NCBI GenBank assembly: GCA_964016885.1
Contig: OZ024756.1
Location: forward strand, 38,254,001 to 38,318,000
Reading direction: 5' to 3'
From: Eledone cirrhosa
Taxonomy: Eukaryota
DNA: 64,000 nucleotides
The notes beneath the pieces are model-generated. The model worked only from the letters and a program-made list of their open reading frames with translations, was not told the origin of the DNA and did not search any database. Positions 12,716 to 25,843 of this stretch are shown piece after piece. The position numbers and the translations under genes were made by a program. Within the stretch, counting starts at the first letter, position 1; every line of letters starts with the position of its first letter.

Positions 12716-14390
12716 AAATTATTGTGTACAGTGCTCAGGTGCACTACAACTCGTCAAAGGTGCATGTATAGTACATAGAACAACGTACAAATGTCAGGGA
12801 AGTGAATAGTGTATGAGTCGTGATATACACACATGCAGATGCATGTGTGTGTGTATGGAGGGGGAATATTAGGTGTAGTGTTGGCGAATCTCAGGAAGCA
12901 TGGAGGTTTTAAAGGATGCAGTGTCTCGACAGCTAATAACTGATGCAGGGAGTTTGTTCCATGGAGGTTTTAAAGGATGCAGTGTCTCCACAGCTAATAA
13001 CTGATGCAGGGAGTTTGTTCCATGGAGGTTTTAAAGGATGCAGTGTCTCCACAGCTAATAACTAATGCAGGGAGTTTGTTCCATGGAGGTTTTAAAGGAT
13101 GCAGTGTCTCCACAGCTAATAACTGATGCAGGGAGTTTGTTCCATGGAGGTTTTAAAGGATGCAGTGTCTCCACAGCTAATAACTGATGCAGGGAGTTTG
13201 TTCCATGGAGGTTTTAAAGGATGCAGTGTCTCCACAGCTAATAACTAATGCAGGGAGTTTGTTCCATGGAGGTTTTAAAGGATGCAGTGTCTCGACAGCT
13301 AATAACTGATGCAGGGAGTTTGTTCCATGGAGGTTTTAAAGGATGCAGTGTCTCGACAGCTAATAACTGATGCAGGGAGTTTGTTCCATGGAGGTTTTAA
13401 AGGATGCAGTGTCTCCACAGCTAATAACTAATGCAGGGAGTTTGTTCCATGGAGGTTTTAAAGGATGCAGTGTCTCGACAGCTAATAACTGATGCAGGGA
13501 GTTTGTTCCATGGAGGTTTTAAAGGATGCAGTGTCTCGACAGCTAATAACTGATGCAGGGAGTTTGTTCCATGGAGGTTTTAAAGGATGCAGTGTCTCCA
13601 CAGCTAATAACTGATGCAGGGAGTTTGTTCCATGGAGGTTTTAAAGGATGCAGTGTCTCGACAGCTAATAACTGATGCAGGGAGTTTGTTCCATGGAGGT
13701 TTTAAAGGATGCAGTGTCTCCACAGCTAATAACTGATGCAGGGAGTTTGTTCCATGGAGGTTTTAAAGGATGCAGTGTCTCGACAGCTAATAACTGATGC
13801 AGGGAGTTTGTTCCATGGAGGTTTTAAAGGATGCAGTGTCTCGACAGCTAATAACTGATGCAGGGAGTTTGTTCCATGGAGGTTTTAAAGGATGCAGTGT
13901 CTCCACAGCTAATAACTGATGCAGGGAGTTTGTTCCATGGAGGTTTTAAAGGATGCAGTGTCTCGACAGCTAATAACTGATGCAGGGAGTTTGTTCCATG
14001 GAGGTTTTAAAGGATGCAGTGTCTCCACAGCTAATAACTGATGCAGGGAGTTTATTCCATGGAGGTTTTAAAGGATGCAGTGTCTCCACAGCTAATAACT
14101 GATGCAGGGAGTTTGTTCCATGGAGGTTTTAAAGGATGCAGTGTCTCCACAGCTAATAACTGATGCAGGGAGTTTGTTCCATGGAGGTTTTAAAGGATGC
14201 AGTGTCTCCACAGCTAATAACTGATGCAGGGAGTTTGTTCCATGCTTCAGCAACTCTGAGTGTGAAAAGATCTTTCTGAAAGTCATGGGAGCTGTGCTGT
14301 TTTCTGACTTTGTGGGCATGCTCACGTATGTTAGACACATGGAAATCAAAAAGGTACTCAGGGTTGTTGTTGGCAAGATGGTTAATAATT
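12716..14390 (-). mobile_element. CR1-clade LINE 3' fragment containing an internal tandem expansion
   Basis: Minus ORF HAHKVRKQHSSHDFQKDLFTLRVAEAWNKLPASVISC..ASFK resembles the CR1 ORF2 C-terminus; the 3' UTR ends GTAGTGCACCTGAGCACTGTACACAATAATT. Confidence 0.85.
12899..14240. repeat. 61-bp minisatellite, 22 copies, derived from CR1 ORF2
   Basis: Unit CATGGAGGTTTTAAAGGATGCAGTGTCTC(C/G)ACAGCTAATAACTGATGCAGGGAGTTTGTTC; single-copy in the CR1 fragment at 54355-54740. Confidence 0.97.
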
Positions 14391-14664
14391 TAACTAAGCT
14401 ATATTAAAATGTAAAGGAATACAACCTGACCGACCTCCTGTCATTTTACCCTATAAAATATATATATATATATATAATCGTCATCATCATCATCGTTTTT
14501 ACATCCCGGCATGGGTTGGATGGGGTGTTTTGGGACAATGTTTTACAGCCAGATGTCCTTAACACCAACTGTTTTAGTTGCCTCTCTCTCTCTCACGAGG
14601 CACAGAGTGTGTCTATTCTAAAATCTGGGATACACAGAATGTATATATACATATAATGTATCAA

Positions 14665-14993
14665 GTATCATTTTACGCCCGCTTTTCCCTGCTTGCAAGG
14701 GTGGGACGGGAACTGATTCTGGCTTGATTTCTACAGCTGGATGCCCTTCCTAACACCAACCTCATTTACAGTGAGTGCTGGGTGCTTTTTTGCCGTGGCA
14801 CCTCCACGACCACTTTGCAGTGGAATGATAGGGACCCCAGTCCCTATCATCTCATTTCTACAGCTGAGTAAACTGGAGCAATGTGAAATAAAGTGTCTTG
14901 CTCAAGGAAACAACACATCACCCGGTCTGAGAATTGAACTCACAACCTTTCAATTGCAAGGCCAGTGCTCTAACCACTAGGCCATGTGCCTCC
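14665..14993 (-). mobile_element. Full-length composite SINE (family B tRNA head and core + hairpin + family C tail)
   Basis: Minus strand: A/B boxes, CTTGAGCAAGACACTT core, 11-bp stem ATGATAGGGAC/GTCCCTATCAT, AGGAAGGGCATCCAGC tail; near-identical copies at 21360-21694 and 22800-23128. Confidence 0.85.
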
Positions 14994-15039
14994 ATATAAC
15001 ATATATACACATATAATATATATACATAGAATACATATA

Positions 15040-15235
15040 TAATGTTATGCAAATGGAGGATGACTACTTCATAAAGAAATATAGAAAGCTTAAAGTCAAT
15101 GGAACCTATAGGAGGGAAAGACCTAGGAAAACCTGGAATGATGTTGTGAAGCTGACCTCACGAAGGAGATGACCCAGGATCAAGACAACTAGCAACATGC
15201 CATACTGTAGAAAAGTTGCCTTCCCAAGCAAGTAG
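15040..15235 (+). mobile_element. RTE-clade LINE 3' fragment
   Basis: Translates VMQMEDDYFIKKYRKLKVNGTYRRERPRKTWNDVVK, matching the RTE C-terminal G.R.RGRP.KTW motif. Confidence 0.7.
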
Positions 15236-15879
15236 GATGAAATGAGCATGGAGAAGATGTCCCCTCTGTCCACCTTCCCCCATTTTAAATCTAAAAAGCA
15301 GAGAGGTGGAACATTTAGGTCCCCGCCGTCGGCCAATATACTTCTAATTAACCCATCTAAAACCTCCGCCCACTCATATGCTTCTTCTCTTCTCCCTTTC
15401 TTTGTCCAACCCATGCCAACACAAAGCTAGAGTGGACCTTCTCTGATACGTTGATTGTCCTAATATGTAGTGTTATGTGGTAGTATAGGTATCGTGGAAA
15501 AAAACATTCCAGCAGACACTGAAGTGGTTAACTTAGAAGACGAAGCCTAAAATAGACCAAATAAGCAAGACATGGTTACCTCTCCTTTCTCGCCTCAATG
15601 TAATAGCCCATAACCCATGCAAACACATGGAAAATACATGTTAAACAGTGATGATGATGATGATATAATACATGAGTGTGTGTATGTATGTATGTCTAAT
15701 GATGATGAAGTACATTTTTGATAGATCTTAACATTGTGTGTGGCAGACAGATGAAAAGGCTCTACAGATATTGTAATATAGATTAAAAATAAAGGTGGCT
15801 CAATTGATAGAAGAAAATATAGAAGAACGGGATATGTGGGATTTTAGTTACATCCCTTTACATTCTAAGTTCGAGATTC

Positions 15880-16046
15880 GCCAACTCTGCACCTGATGTG
15901 GCCCCCCCTCCACACACATACACACATGTATTTCATGACTCATACACTGTTCATTTTCCTGACATTTGAACATTATTCTATGTACTATACATGCTCCTTT
16001 GATGAGTTGTAGTGCACCTGAGCACTGTACACAATAATTTCATTAT
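15880..16046 (+). mobile_element. CR1 3' end fragment
   Basis: Same 3' UTR ending TTGATGAGTTGTAGTGCACCTGAGCACTGTACACAATAATT. Confidence 0.8.
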
Positions 16047-16759
16047 ATTGTTTGTCCATCATTTCATGGTTTAATCTATATATAAATTTGAGTGACTTCC
16101 ATCCGTCTGTCACACGTGTGTGTTTGTGTAAATATGTCTGAGTGTGTATTTTTGAAAGTGTGTCTGTGTTTGCTCATTTATATTTATACACTCATACCTA
16201 TAAATGTAGGCATATGCACATACACACACGCATACACATATACACATACGCATCAGTGTGTTGGAAAAACTCCTAGTAATATAAAATTACATTAACTACA
16301 TTGATACTTCACGTTCCTGGCCTTATTTCAGAAAATCATAACTCTTTCATTACCATATTTCTAGTGAAAGACATTGCTTATAGTTTTCAATTTAGTAATG
16401 TAATTAACTTTCTCATCATTCAGCTGATGTTTGGAATACTTACATGCAAACGCCTTGTTTTGAGGGGGTACCAGGGAACAAGTCCCTCCCCCCACTTTTT
16501 CAAACGTCTATGTTTTATTTTGTGTTTATTTGATATAATAAATTCATTTTAAGCTTATTTTTTTTTTTTAATATATAAAATTTAATTAGCGTAATATGTT
16601 ACTTATGTGATAGGGTCCAGGAAAGGCACCATAAGCAATACTAACATGCCCCTTTAAGAATCAACAAATGTTGGTTTGTTCCCCTCACATTTTTAAGGCA
16701 AACGAGGGCCCTGCTTACATAGAATTATGATGGAAGGTTTTTAGATGAATATAAACACT

Positions 16760-17233
16760 TTAACTCTTTAGTATTTACATAACACTATATATACTATTAT
16801 ATTTTCACAGTAAAAATCTTTGCCTCACATAATATCAAATCTATGAGGTTTTGATATTTATTTTGAGAACAATACCTTACTACTGAGGGTTTGAATAGAA
16901 AGAGGTGAGAGAATTCTGGCCAGATATGGCCGGTTTAAATGATAAAAGGTTAATGTCAGTATGAGTGGCCGGTTACAGCTGGTTTGGACAGAAATAGGTG
17001 AGAGAATTCTGGCCAGATACGGCCGGTTTAAATGATAAAAGGTTAATGTCAGTATGAGTAGCCGGTTACAGCTGGTTTGGACAGAAATAGGTGAGAGAAT
17101 TCTGGCCAGATACGGCCGGTTTAAATGATAAAAGGTTAATGTCAGTATGAGTGACCAGTTACAGCTGGTTTGGACAGAAATAGGTGAGATCAATCTGGTT
17201 GGATATGGCGCCGGTTTAAATGCTAAAGGGTCA
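16760..17233 (-). mobile_element. piggyBac-like MITE 1 with an internal 93-bp triplication
   Basis: Same body as 20611-20839; 93-bp period at 16903/16996/17089/17182. Confidence 0.75.
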
Positions 17234-17489
17234 AAACAAAAAGCAATTGAACCAATCCTCAACTTGGAACATTTTCTTTCTCAATATCATCACCTTCATT
17301 TGCTAAACGTATAGCTTTTAAATCACTGGAAAGTCTTTGTCTTTTCTAGAATGAAACCAAGAGTTATAGGAGAATTATGCTGGTTTTGAACCTTTAATGT
17401 AATTAATGATAGACATTTCATTTCAATAATTTGACCCCTACATTAAGAAAGACCTTTTTATACATTCCATTATTCTACTTTGTCCTTTA

Positions 17490-18090
17490 GCCCTTTTGAT
17501 ACCAAACTTCTTAAAATGTCCCTTGGTTCTACAATACAAATGCACTAAAGTGTTTATATTTATCTAAAACACCTTTCATTATAATTTTATGTAAGAACCT
17601 TTGTTAGGTAATGTTCCAACCACCCTTGGTTCTACAATACAAATACGCTATACTTTAAAGTGTTTATATTTATCTAAAACATCATCCATCATAATTTTAT
17701 GTAAGAATCTTTAAGTTATGTTCCAACCACCCTTGGAAATACTATATTTTAAAATGTTTATATTTAACTAAACAATCCTTACATCATAATTTTATGTAAG
17801 AACCTTTAAGTTATGTTCTAACTACTCTTTGTTCTACAATACAAAACTGTTTATTTTAAAGTGTTTATATTTATCTAAAAACAACCTTTCATTATAAATT
17901 TTCGATGGTATTTATAATATACCTTACCCAGCACATAATGTAACAAAGAACTTTTGTGAAATTATGTTCTAAACACTATCTCAACATAAGAAAGTCAGCT
18001 ATATTATAAATCCCTCTAAATTCTTGACTGTTTTCAAAATGATTTGAAAATCATTGGCAGCATCTTTCATTAGAAATATTGGGTAAACAT
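17490..18090. mobile_element. piggyBac-like MITE 2 with ~4 degenerate internal tandem copies
   Basis: Repeated AAGTGTTTATATTTATCTAAAA...ATAATTTTATGTAAGAACCTT...GTTCCAAC blocks of the MITE 2 body. Confidence 0.65.
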
Positions 18091-18272
18091 TTTATCCCAT
18101 ATATATTGTTATTTTTTTACCATTTATCATAAAAGAAATTTATCATTGTTTAGCTTACCCCTTGAGTATTTACATTACTCTATATATGGCACCAGTTAAA
18201 ATGCTAAAGGGTTAAGACTGCCCTGATTGTTGTCCAGCTGTAGTTTAACACCTTTCCACTGCTTCATTGATT

Positions 18273-18328
18273 CTCTTCAATTTCTTTACTATTTCAACTA
18301 AAGTTGAAATAGTAAAGAAATTGAAGAG
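18273..18328. repeat. Perfect 27-bp-arm palindrome
   Basis: CTCTTCAATTTCTTTACTATTTCAACT-AA-AGTTGAAATAGTAAAGAAATTGAAGAG. Confidence 0.95.
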
Positions 18329-18580
18329 TTGCTGAAGCATGGAACAAACTACCTGCATCAGTTGTTAGCTGTCAAGACACTGCATCCTTTAAGGCCTCCA
18401 TGCTTCCCGAGATCCGCCAACACTACAGCTAATGTTCCCTCTCCATACACATACACACATGTATACCATGACTCACACACTATTCACTTCCCTGACATTT
18501 GTGTATTATTCTATATACTATACATACACCTTTGACGAGTTGTAGTGCACCTGAGCACTTTACACAATAATTTCATTTTC
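18325..18580 (+). mobile_element. CR1 3' fragment
   Basis: AGAGTTGCTGAAGCATGGAACAAACTACCTGCATCAG (RVAEAWNKLPAS) through the conserved 3' terminus. Confidence 0.85.
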
Positions 18581-19364
18581 ATTATCATAAAATTATGATG
18601 GAAGATTTTTTAGATAAATATAAACACTTTAATCCTTTCATTATATTTCTAATGCAAAAAAAAAAAAATACATGATTTTCAAATAATTTTTTAAATACTC
18701 AAGAATTTGGAAGTATTTAGAATTATAATTTTTTCATCAAGTTCGTGTTTGGAACATAATTTAACAAGAGTTTTTAGACAAATATAAGCACTTTAAAAGT
18801 AAACAGTTTTGTATCATAGTATAAAGGGCAATTTGGTATCCAAAGTGTTAAATTTTATTCAGTACCACCTTATCTTGCAGGACCCTGGGATTTCGCAGAA
18901 CCTGCATAACATCAAAATATATTTTTTTCTCCTTACACAACTCTACCCAACAACTAAATGCAACAATTCTAAATAGGCCAAAAAAAACCACTAATTACAA
19001 TTAACCAATTTAAATTATTCTAGTAATTCTTACAGGTTGGTGGTTGTTTGGCAGGGAATGTTGGACATGGTTTAGAAGGTTGAGTGTGGTTTTTGGCTTT
19101 CCTTGTGTGATATATGAATCTGGTTAGTGAAGTCATAAGTGGGTTTATGTGATACATTTGCTTGAATTCAGGATAGCTTTGGTTTATTCTAGGTGTATTT
19201 ACATTCGACTTTATGCAACTGATTATTATATTTACATATATATGTATATGTGAATTTCGTATATCGAAAGATATACGGTATGTTTAATAAATACACATTT
19301 TCGAAACCTCAGCTATGAATAGAAGACGGATGGTCAGCACCCAATATATATATCCCACTCCTGC

Positions 19365-19680
19365 CAACACCACCCTTTCTTTATAAAGTTATGTTGGTAC
19401 CACAACATCCAGTCCACACTAATGAGGTTGTGCAGGTGTCACAACAAAAAAACCCACAGTCCATGCTGTAATGTGGTCGTATAGGTAACACGGTTAAAAG
19501 CTCCCAGTCCACACTAAATGTGGTTGGTGTTAGGAAGGGCATCCAGTCATAGAAAACCTGCCAGATAGTCCTATACAAGCGAGACACAGTCGCCCCAATC
19601 TTGCCTCAAGTGGGACAACTCCCGGCTAACCCATGCTAGCGTGGAAGATAGACATTAAACGAGGAGGATGATGATGATGA
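19365..19680 (+). mobile_element. SINE-like family C, long copy with internal ~48-bp subrepeats
   Basis: Near reverse complement of 49990-50310; ends GACATTAAACGAGGAGGATGATGATG. Confidence 0.8.
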
Positions 19681-20610
19681 TATATATAATCATCATTTTA
19701 TGTCCACTGTTCTACACTTGCATAGGTTGGATAGGTCCTTTTCTCCTCACCAAAATTGTGTTGTGGGGAAATCAAACAACTATCTGTCTATAATTAGAGA
19801 TAATACCTGGGTATTTAGTATCCAAGGCTAGTTCTAAAATGTATGCCCACTTCTCCTAGTTATGCATCCCATTCTCCCAAATGTAATCATTTCAACTTAC
19901 AGCTTGGTGAACTTACAAACCTAGTTTTAGACACTTCTTGCTCTGCCCACGCTAACAAAATTGCTAAGCCAGCATTCTCCACTGTACTGCTCACATTCAC
20001 TCATGTGACAGGTTATCACCATACAACCCTCACCACTGCTTTGAATATTTCCATAATGTTGCTTTACAGCATCATCATCATCATCATTGGTTAGACAGGC
20101 TGTCACATACTCAGGTTAGACTGGTCAGGTGACTACACCCTATATGTTCTGTTTTGGGCTTAGTTTCTATGGCTGGATGCTCTTTCTAACGCCAACCACT
20201 TTATGTGTACTTGGAGCATTTTATCATGACTCCAGCACTGTCATCTTACAGGGTGAATTTATATTAAGTAATGAAGAATCTAGAGGGATTTACTAAAATT
20301 ATTATTTCATTACTAAGATAGTATTTGTAACAAATGGTTTTTATATAAAATTATGTTGGAATTATAAACTGTCTTGATGTATTAGTCATACTGATTCTAG
20401 ATAGAACACTTACAATGTACCATATATGTTGAATTGGAGTTTTGTAGGTTCAGTAGGTACGTGGCATGTGGCTATCTTTTGTCATCTCTAGGGTAGCCAT
20501 CCTCCACCTGTCAATGTTTTTTTGTCTAATGTTCCATTCCCTGATGGTCAGTGTCCCAACATCAGCTCTAATTAATCATCACCATCATTTGTCTGTTTTT
20601 CCATACTTGC

Positions 20611-20839
20611 TTAACCCTTTAGCATTTAAACTGGCCGTATCCGGCTAGAACTCTCTCACCTGTCTCTGTTCATCTGGCTGTAACTGGCCGTAACTCATAC
20701 CTACACTAAGGTATTGCTCTCAAAATAAATCATATCAATCTCATAGATTTGATATTATGTGTGATAATTATGTAGGATAACGCCTTTATTGTGAAAATAT
20801 AATAGTAAATATAGAATAATGTAAATGTTAAAGGGTTAA
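20611..20839 (+). mobile_element. piggyBac-like MITE 1 (complete)
   Basis: TIRs CCCTTTAGCATTTA / TAAATGTTAAAGGG flanked by TTAA on both sides. Confidence 0.85.
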
Positions 20840-20849
20840 GTCAAACTCT

Positions 20850-21055
20850 ATCAGCTTCTTTCTACTTGTTTCATTCATTTGTAATCTTTGTGAGGTCTAG
20901 TGTTTTGAAATCAGCTCTCAACCACTTCTGCCCAGGTCATCCTTGGTCTTCCTCTACTGTAGCTCTCTTCCACTGGTTCTTTTCTCATGTCTTCACCACT
21001 CAACAATCATCCATACACATCATGTGTCCAGACCAACACAATCTTCTTCTCTTAT
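20850..21055 (-). mobile_element. RTE-clade LINE 3' fragment
   Basis: Minus strand RRRLCWSGHMMCMD...RGRPRMT, degenerate. Confidence 0.6.
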
Positions 21056-21359
21056 ACAATCAATGTTTAATTAGAATTAAAGAAAACGAACTACGCTAAC
21101 GAAATATATATGATTTTCTGTAATTAACTTGTGTATTTTTGTATTTTTATGGTAAAGGCTGTACTTACATAATTATCTCACATAATATCGAATCTATGAG
21201 ATTTTGATATTTATTTTGAGAACAATACCTTAACATCAGTATGAGCAGCTGATTATGACCGAGGTGAGAAAATTCTGGCCAGTTTAAATGCAATGATTCT
21301 CAAATAGGAGGCATTTGGCTCCTAAGGGAGGAATTCAATCTAGGAAAGAATGGTGTATC

Positions 21360-21694
21360 ATCATTTCATTTTTCATTTCATTTTACGTCCACTTTTTCCC
21401 TGCTTGCAAGGGTGGGACGGGAACTGATGCTGGCTTGATTTCTACAGCTGGATGCCCTTCCTAACACCAACCTCATTTACAGTGAGTGCTGGGTGCTTTT
21501 TTGCCGTGGCACTTGCACGACCACTTTGCAGTGGAATGATATGGACCCCAGTCCCTATCATCTCATTTCTACAGCTGAGTAAACTGGAGCAATGTGAAAT
21601 AAAGTGTCTTGCTCAAGGAAACAACACATCACCTGGTCTGAGAATTGAACTCACAACCAAGGCTAATGTTCTAACCACTAAGCCATGTGCCTCC
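21360..21694 (-). mobile_element. Composite SINE copy
   Basis: Near-identical to 14665-14993 with a short deletion in the head. Confidence 0.85.
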
Positions 21695-21697
21695 ATT

Positions 21698-22800
21698 GTG
21701 TGTATTGTGTATATATCATACGACATACCAATATACCCAACTATAGTGTATATTGTATATATATCATATGACATACCAATATACCCAACTATAGTGTATA
21801 TTGTATATATATCATACAACATACCAATATACCCAACTATAGTGTGTATTGTATATATATCATACAACATACCAATATACCCAACTATAGTGTATATTGT
21901 ATATATATCATACAACATACCAATATACCCAACTATAGTGTATATTGTGTATATATCATACAACATACCAATATACCCAACTATAGTGTATATTGTATAT
22001 ATATCATATGACATACCAATATACCCAACTATAGTGTATATTGTGTATATATCATACAACATACCAATATACCCAACTATAGTGTATATTGTATATATAT
22101 CATATGACATACCAATATACCCAACTATAGTGTATATTGTGTATATATCATACAACATACCAATATACCCAACTATAGTGTATATTGTATATATATCATA
22201 CAACATACCAATATACCCAACTATAGTGTATATTGTATATATATCATACGACATACCAATATACCCAACTATAGTGTATATTGTGTATATATCATACAAC
22301 ATACCAATATACCCAACTATAGTGTGTATTGTGTATATATCATACAACATACTAATATACCCAACTATATTGTATATATATCATACAACATACCAATATA
22401 CCCAACTATAGTGTATATTGTGTATATATCATACAACATACCAATATACCCAACTATAGTGTATATTGTATATATATCATACAACATACCAATATACCCA
22501 ACTATAGTGTATATTGTATATATATCATACAACATACCAATATACCCAACTATAGTGTATATTGTATATATATCATACAACATACCAATATACCCAACTA
22601 TAGTGTATATTGTGTATATATCATACAACATACCAATATACCCAACTATAGTGTATATTGTATATATATCATACAACATACCAATATACCCAACTATAGT
22701 GTATATTGTATATATATCATATGACATACCAATATACCCAACTATAGTGTATATTGTGTATATATCATATGACATACCAATATACCCAACTATAGTGTAT
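21698..22800. repeat. 48-bp minisatellite array 1, ~23 copies
   Basis: Unit GTGTATATTGTATATATATCATACAACATACCAATATACCCAACTATA. Confidence 0.97.
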
Positions 22801-23128
22801 CATCATCATTTCATTTTACGTCCACTTTTTCCCTGCTCGCAAGGGTGGGACGGGAACTGATTCTGGCTTGATTTCTACAGCTGGATGCCCTTCCTAACAC
22901 CAACCTCATTTACAGTGAGTGCTGGGTGCTTTTTTGCCGTGGCACTTGCACGACCACTGTGCAGTGGAATGATATGGACCCCAGTCATATTTCTACAGCT
23001 GAGTAAACTGGAGCAATGTGAAATAAAGTGTCTTGCTCAAGGAAACAACACATCACCCGGTCTGAGAATTGAACTCACAACCTTTCGATTGCAAGGCCAA
23101 TGCTCTAACCACTAAGCCATGTGCCTCC
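22800..23128 (-). mobile_element. Composite SINE copy
   Basis: Shares ACTTGCACG and ATATGGACCCC with 21360-21694, variants not seen in 14665-14993. Confidence 0.85.
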
Positions 23129-25171
23129 GTGTATATTGTATATATATCATACAACATACCAATATACCCAACTATAGTGTATATTGTAAATATATCATAT
23201 GAAATACCTATATACCTAACTATAGTGTATATTGTAAATATATCATATGAAATACCTATATACCTAACTATAGTGTATATTGTAAATATATCATATGAAA
23301 TACCTATATACCTAACTATAGTGTATATTGTAAATATATCATATGAAATACCTATATACCTAACTATAGTGTATATTGTAAATATATCATATGAAATACC
23401 TATATACCTAACTATAGTGTATATTGTAAATATATCATATGAAATACCAATATACCCAACTATAGTGTATATTGTAAATATATCATATGAAATACCTATA
23501 TACCTAACTATAGTGTATATTGTAAATATATCATATGAAATACCTATATACCTAACTATAGTGTATATTGTAAATATATCATATGAAATACCAATATACC
23601 CAACTATAGTGTATATTGTAAATATATCATATGAAATACCTATATACCTAACTATAGTGTATATTGTAAATATATCATATGAAATACCTATATACCTAAC
23701 TATAGTGTATATTGTAAATATATCATATGAAATACCTATATACCTAACTATAGTGTATATTGTAAATATATCATATGAAATACCTATATACCTAACTATA
23801 GTGTATATTGTAAATATATCATATGAAATACCAATATACCCAACTATAGTGTATATTGTAAATATATCATATGAAATACCTATATACCTAACTATAGTGT
23901 ATATTGTAAATATATCATATGAAATACCTATATACCTAACTATAGTGTATATTGTAAATATATCATATGAAATACCTATATACCTAACTATAGTGTATAT
24001 TGTAAATATATCATATGAAATACCTATATACCTAACTATAGTGTATATTGTAAATATATCATATGAAATACCAATATACCCAACTATAGTGTATATTGTA
24101 AATATATCATATGAAATACCTATATACCTAACTATAGTGTATATTGTAAATATATCATATGAAATACCTATATACCTAACTATAGTGTATATTGTAAATA
24201 TATCATATGAAATACCTATATACCTAACTATAGTGTATATTGTAAATATATCATATGAAATACCTATATACCTAACTATAGTGTATATTGTAAATATATC
24301 ATATGAAATACCTATATACCTAACTATAGTGTATATTGTAAATATATCATATGAAATACCTATATACCTAACTATAGTGTATATTGTAAATATATCATAT
24401 GAAATACCTATATACCTAACTATAGTGTATATTGTAAATATATCATATGAAATACCTATATACCTAACTATAGTGTATATTGTAAATATATCATATGAAA
24501 TACCTATATACCTAACTATAGTGTATATTGTAAATATATCATATGAAATACCAATATACCCAACTATAGTGTATATTGTAAATATATCATATGAAATACC
24601 TATATACCTAACTATAGTGTATATTGTAAATATATCATATGAAATACCTATATACCTAACTATAGTGTATATTGTAAATATATCATATGAAATACCTATA
24701 TACCTAACTATAGTGTATATTGTAAATATATCATATGAAATACCTATATACCTAACTATAGTGTATATTGTAAATATATCATATGAAATACCAATATACC
24801 CAACTATAGTGTATATTGTAAATATATCATATGAAATACCTATATACCTAACTATAGTGTATATTGTAAATATATCATATGAAATACCTATATACCTAAC
24901 TATAGTGTATATTGTAAATATATCATATGAAATACCTATATACCTAACTATAGTGTATATTGTAAATATATCATATGAAATACCTATATACCTAACTATA
25001 GTGTATATTGTAAATATATCATATGAAATACCTATATACCTAACTATAGTGTATATTGTAAATATATCATATGAAATACCTATATACCTAACTATAGTGT
25101 ATATTGTAAATATATCATATGAAATACCTATATACCTAACTATAGTGTATATTGTAAATATATCATATGAA
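23129..25171. repeat. 48-bp minisatellite array 2, ~42.5 copies
   Basis: Unit GTGTATATTGTAAATATATCATATGAAATACCTATATACCTAACTATA, a variant of the array 1 unit. Confidence 0.97.
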
Positions 25172-25472
25172 TTAACAATTCACAAAAATCTGCTGCTTCA
25201 GGCTTACTCTTATTTGGGACTATACAATTATTGAGATTTGAGAAGCTTGCTTATGATAATTTGGTGAAAAATTACTAAGATGACAATTCAAAGTAGAAGA
25301 GGAATTGGGGAAAATTGGGTTTGTAAAGGTAGAAATGTGACCTAGGTCTCTGAGAAACATATGTTAACTCTTCTAATACTAAACTGCTTGGAACTGCTCC
25401 TGGTTCTTATGATTCAGAACTGTTTGTTTTAAACCAGCCATATTCGGGCAGAATTCTCTTACCTTTTTCTGT

Positions 25473-25843
25473 TTAACCCTTTAATGTTCAAACCGGCCAG
25501 AATTCTCTACCTTTTTCTGTTGAAACTGGCTGTAACTGGTCACTCAAACTGATGTTAAGGTATTGTTCTCAAAATAAATACTTTCAAAATCTCATAGATT
25601 CAATATTATGTGAGATAATTAGGCGAGGTAAAGCCTTTACCATGAAAATATAATAGTATATATAGAGTAATGTGAATGCTAAAGGGTTAAACCGGCTGTA
25701 ACCAGCTACTCATACCGATGTTAAGATATTGTTCTCAAAATAAATAATTTCAAAATCTCGTAGATTTGATATTATGTGAGCTAAAGCCTTTTCTATGAAA
25801 ATACAATAGTAAATATAGAGTAATGTAAATGCTCAAGGGTTAA
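25473..25843 (+). mobile_element. piggyBac-like MITE 1, one full copy plus a tandem partial copy
   Basis: TTAACCCTTTA start; AAAGGGTTAA ends at 25690 and 25843. Confidence 0.75.

Noticed and set aside
8851-14240. CRISPR-like appearance of the 31-bp and 61-bp arrays
   Set aside because: Head-to-tail repeats with no unique spacers, no cas genes, eukaryotic context
23069-25234. 721-aa ORF (and the 319/245/178/136-aa ORFs at 21.4-22.9 kb)
   Set aside because: Translations of a 48-bp tandem repeat that is stop-free by chance, open on both strands, and starting inside a SINE
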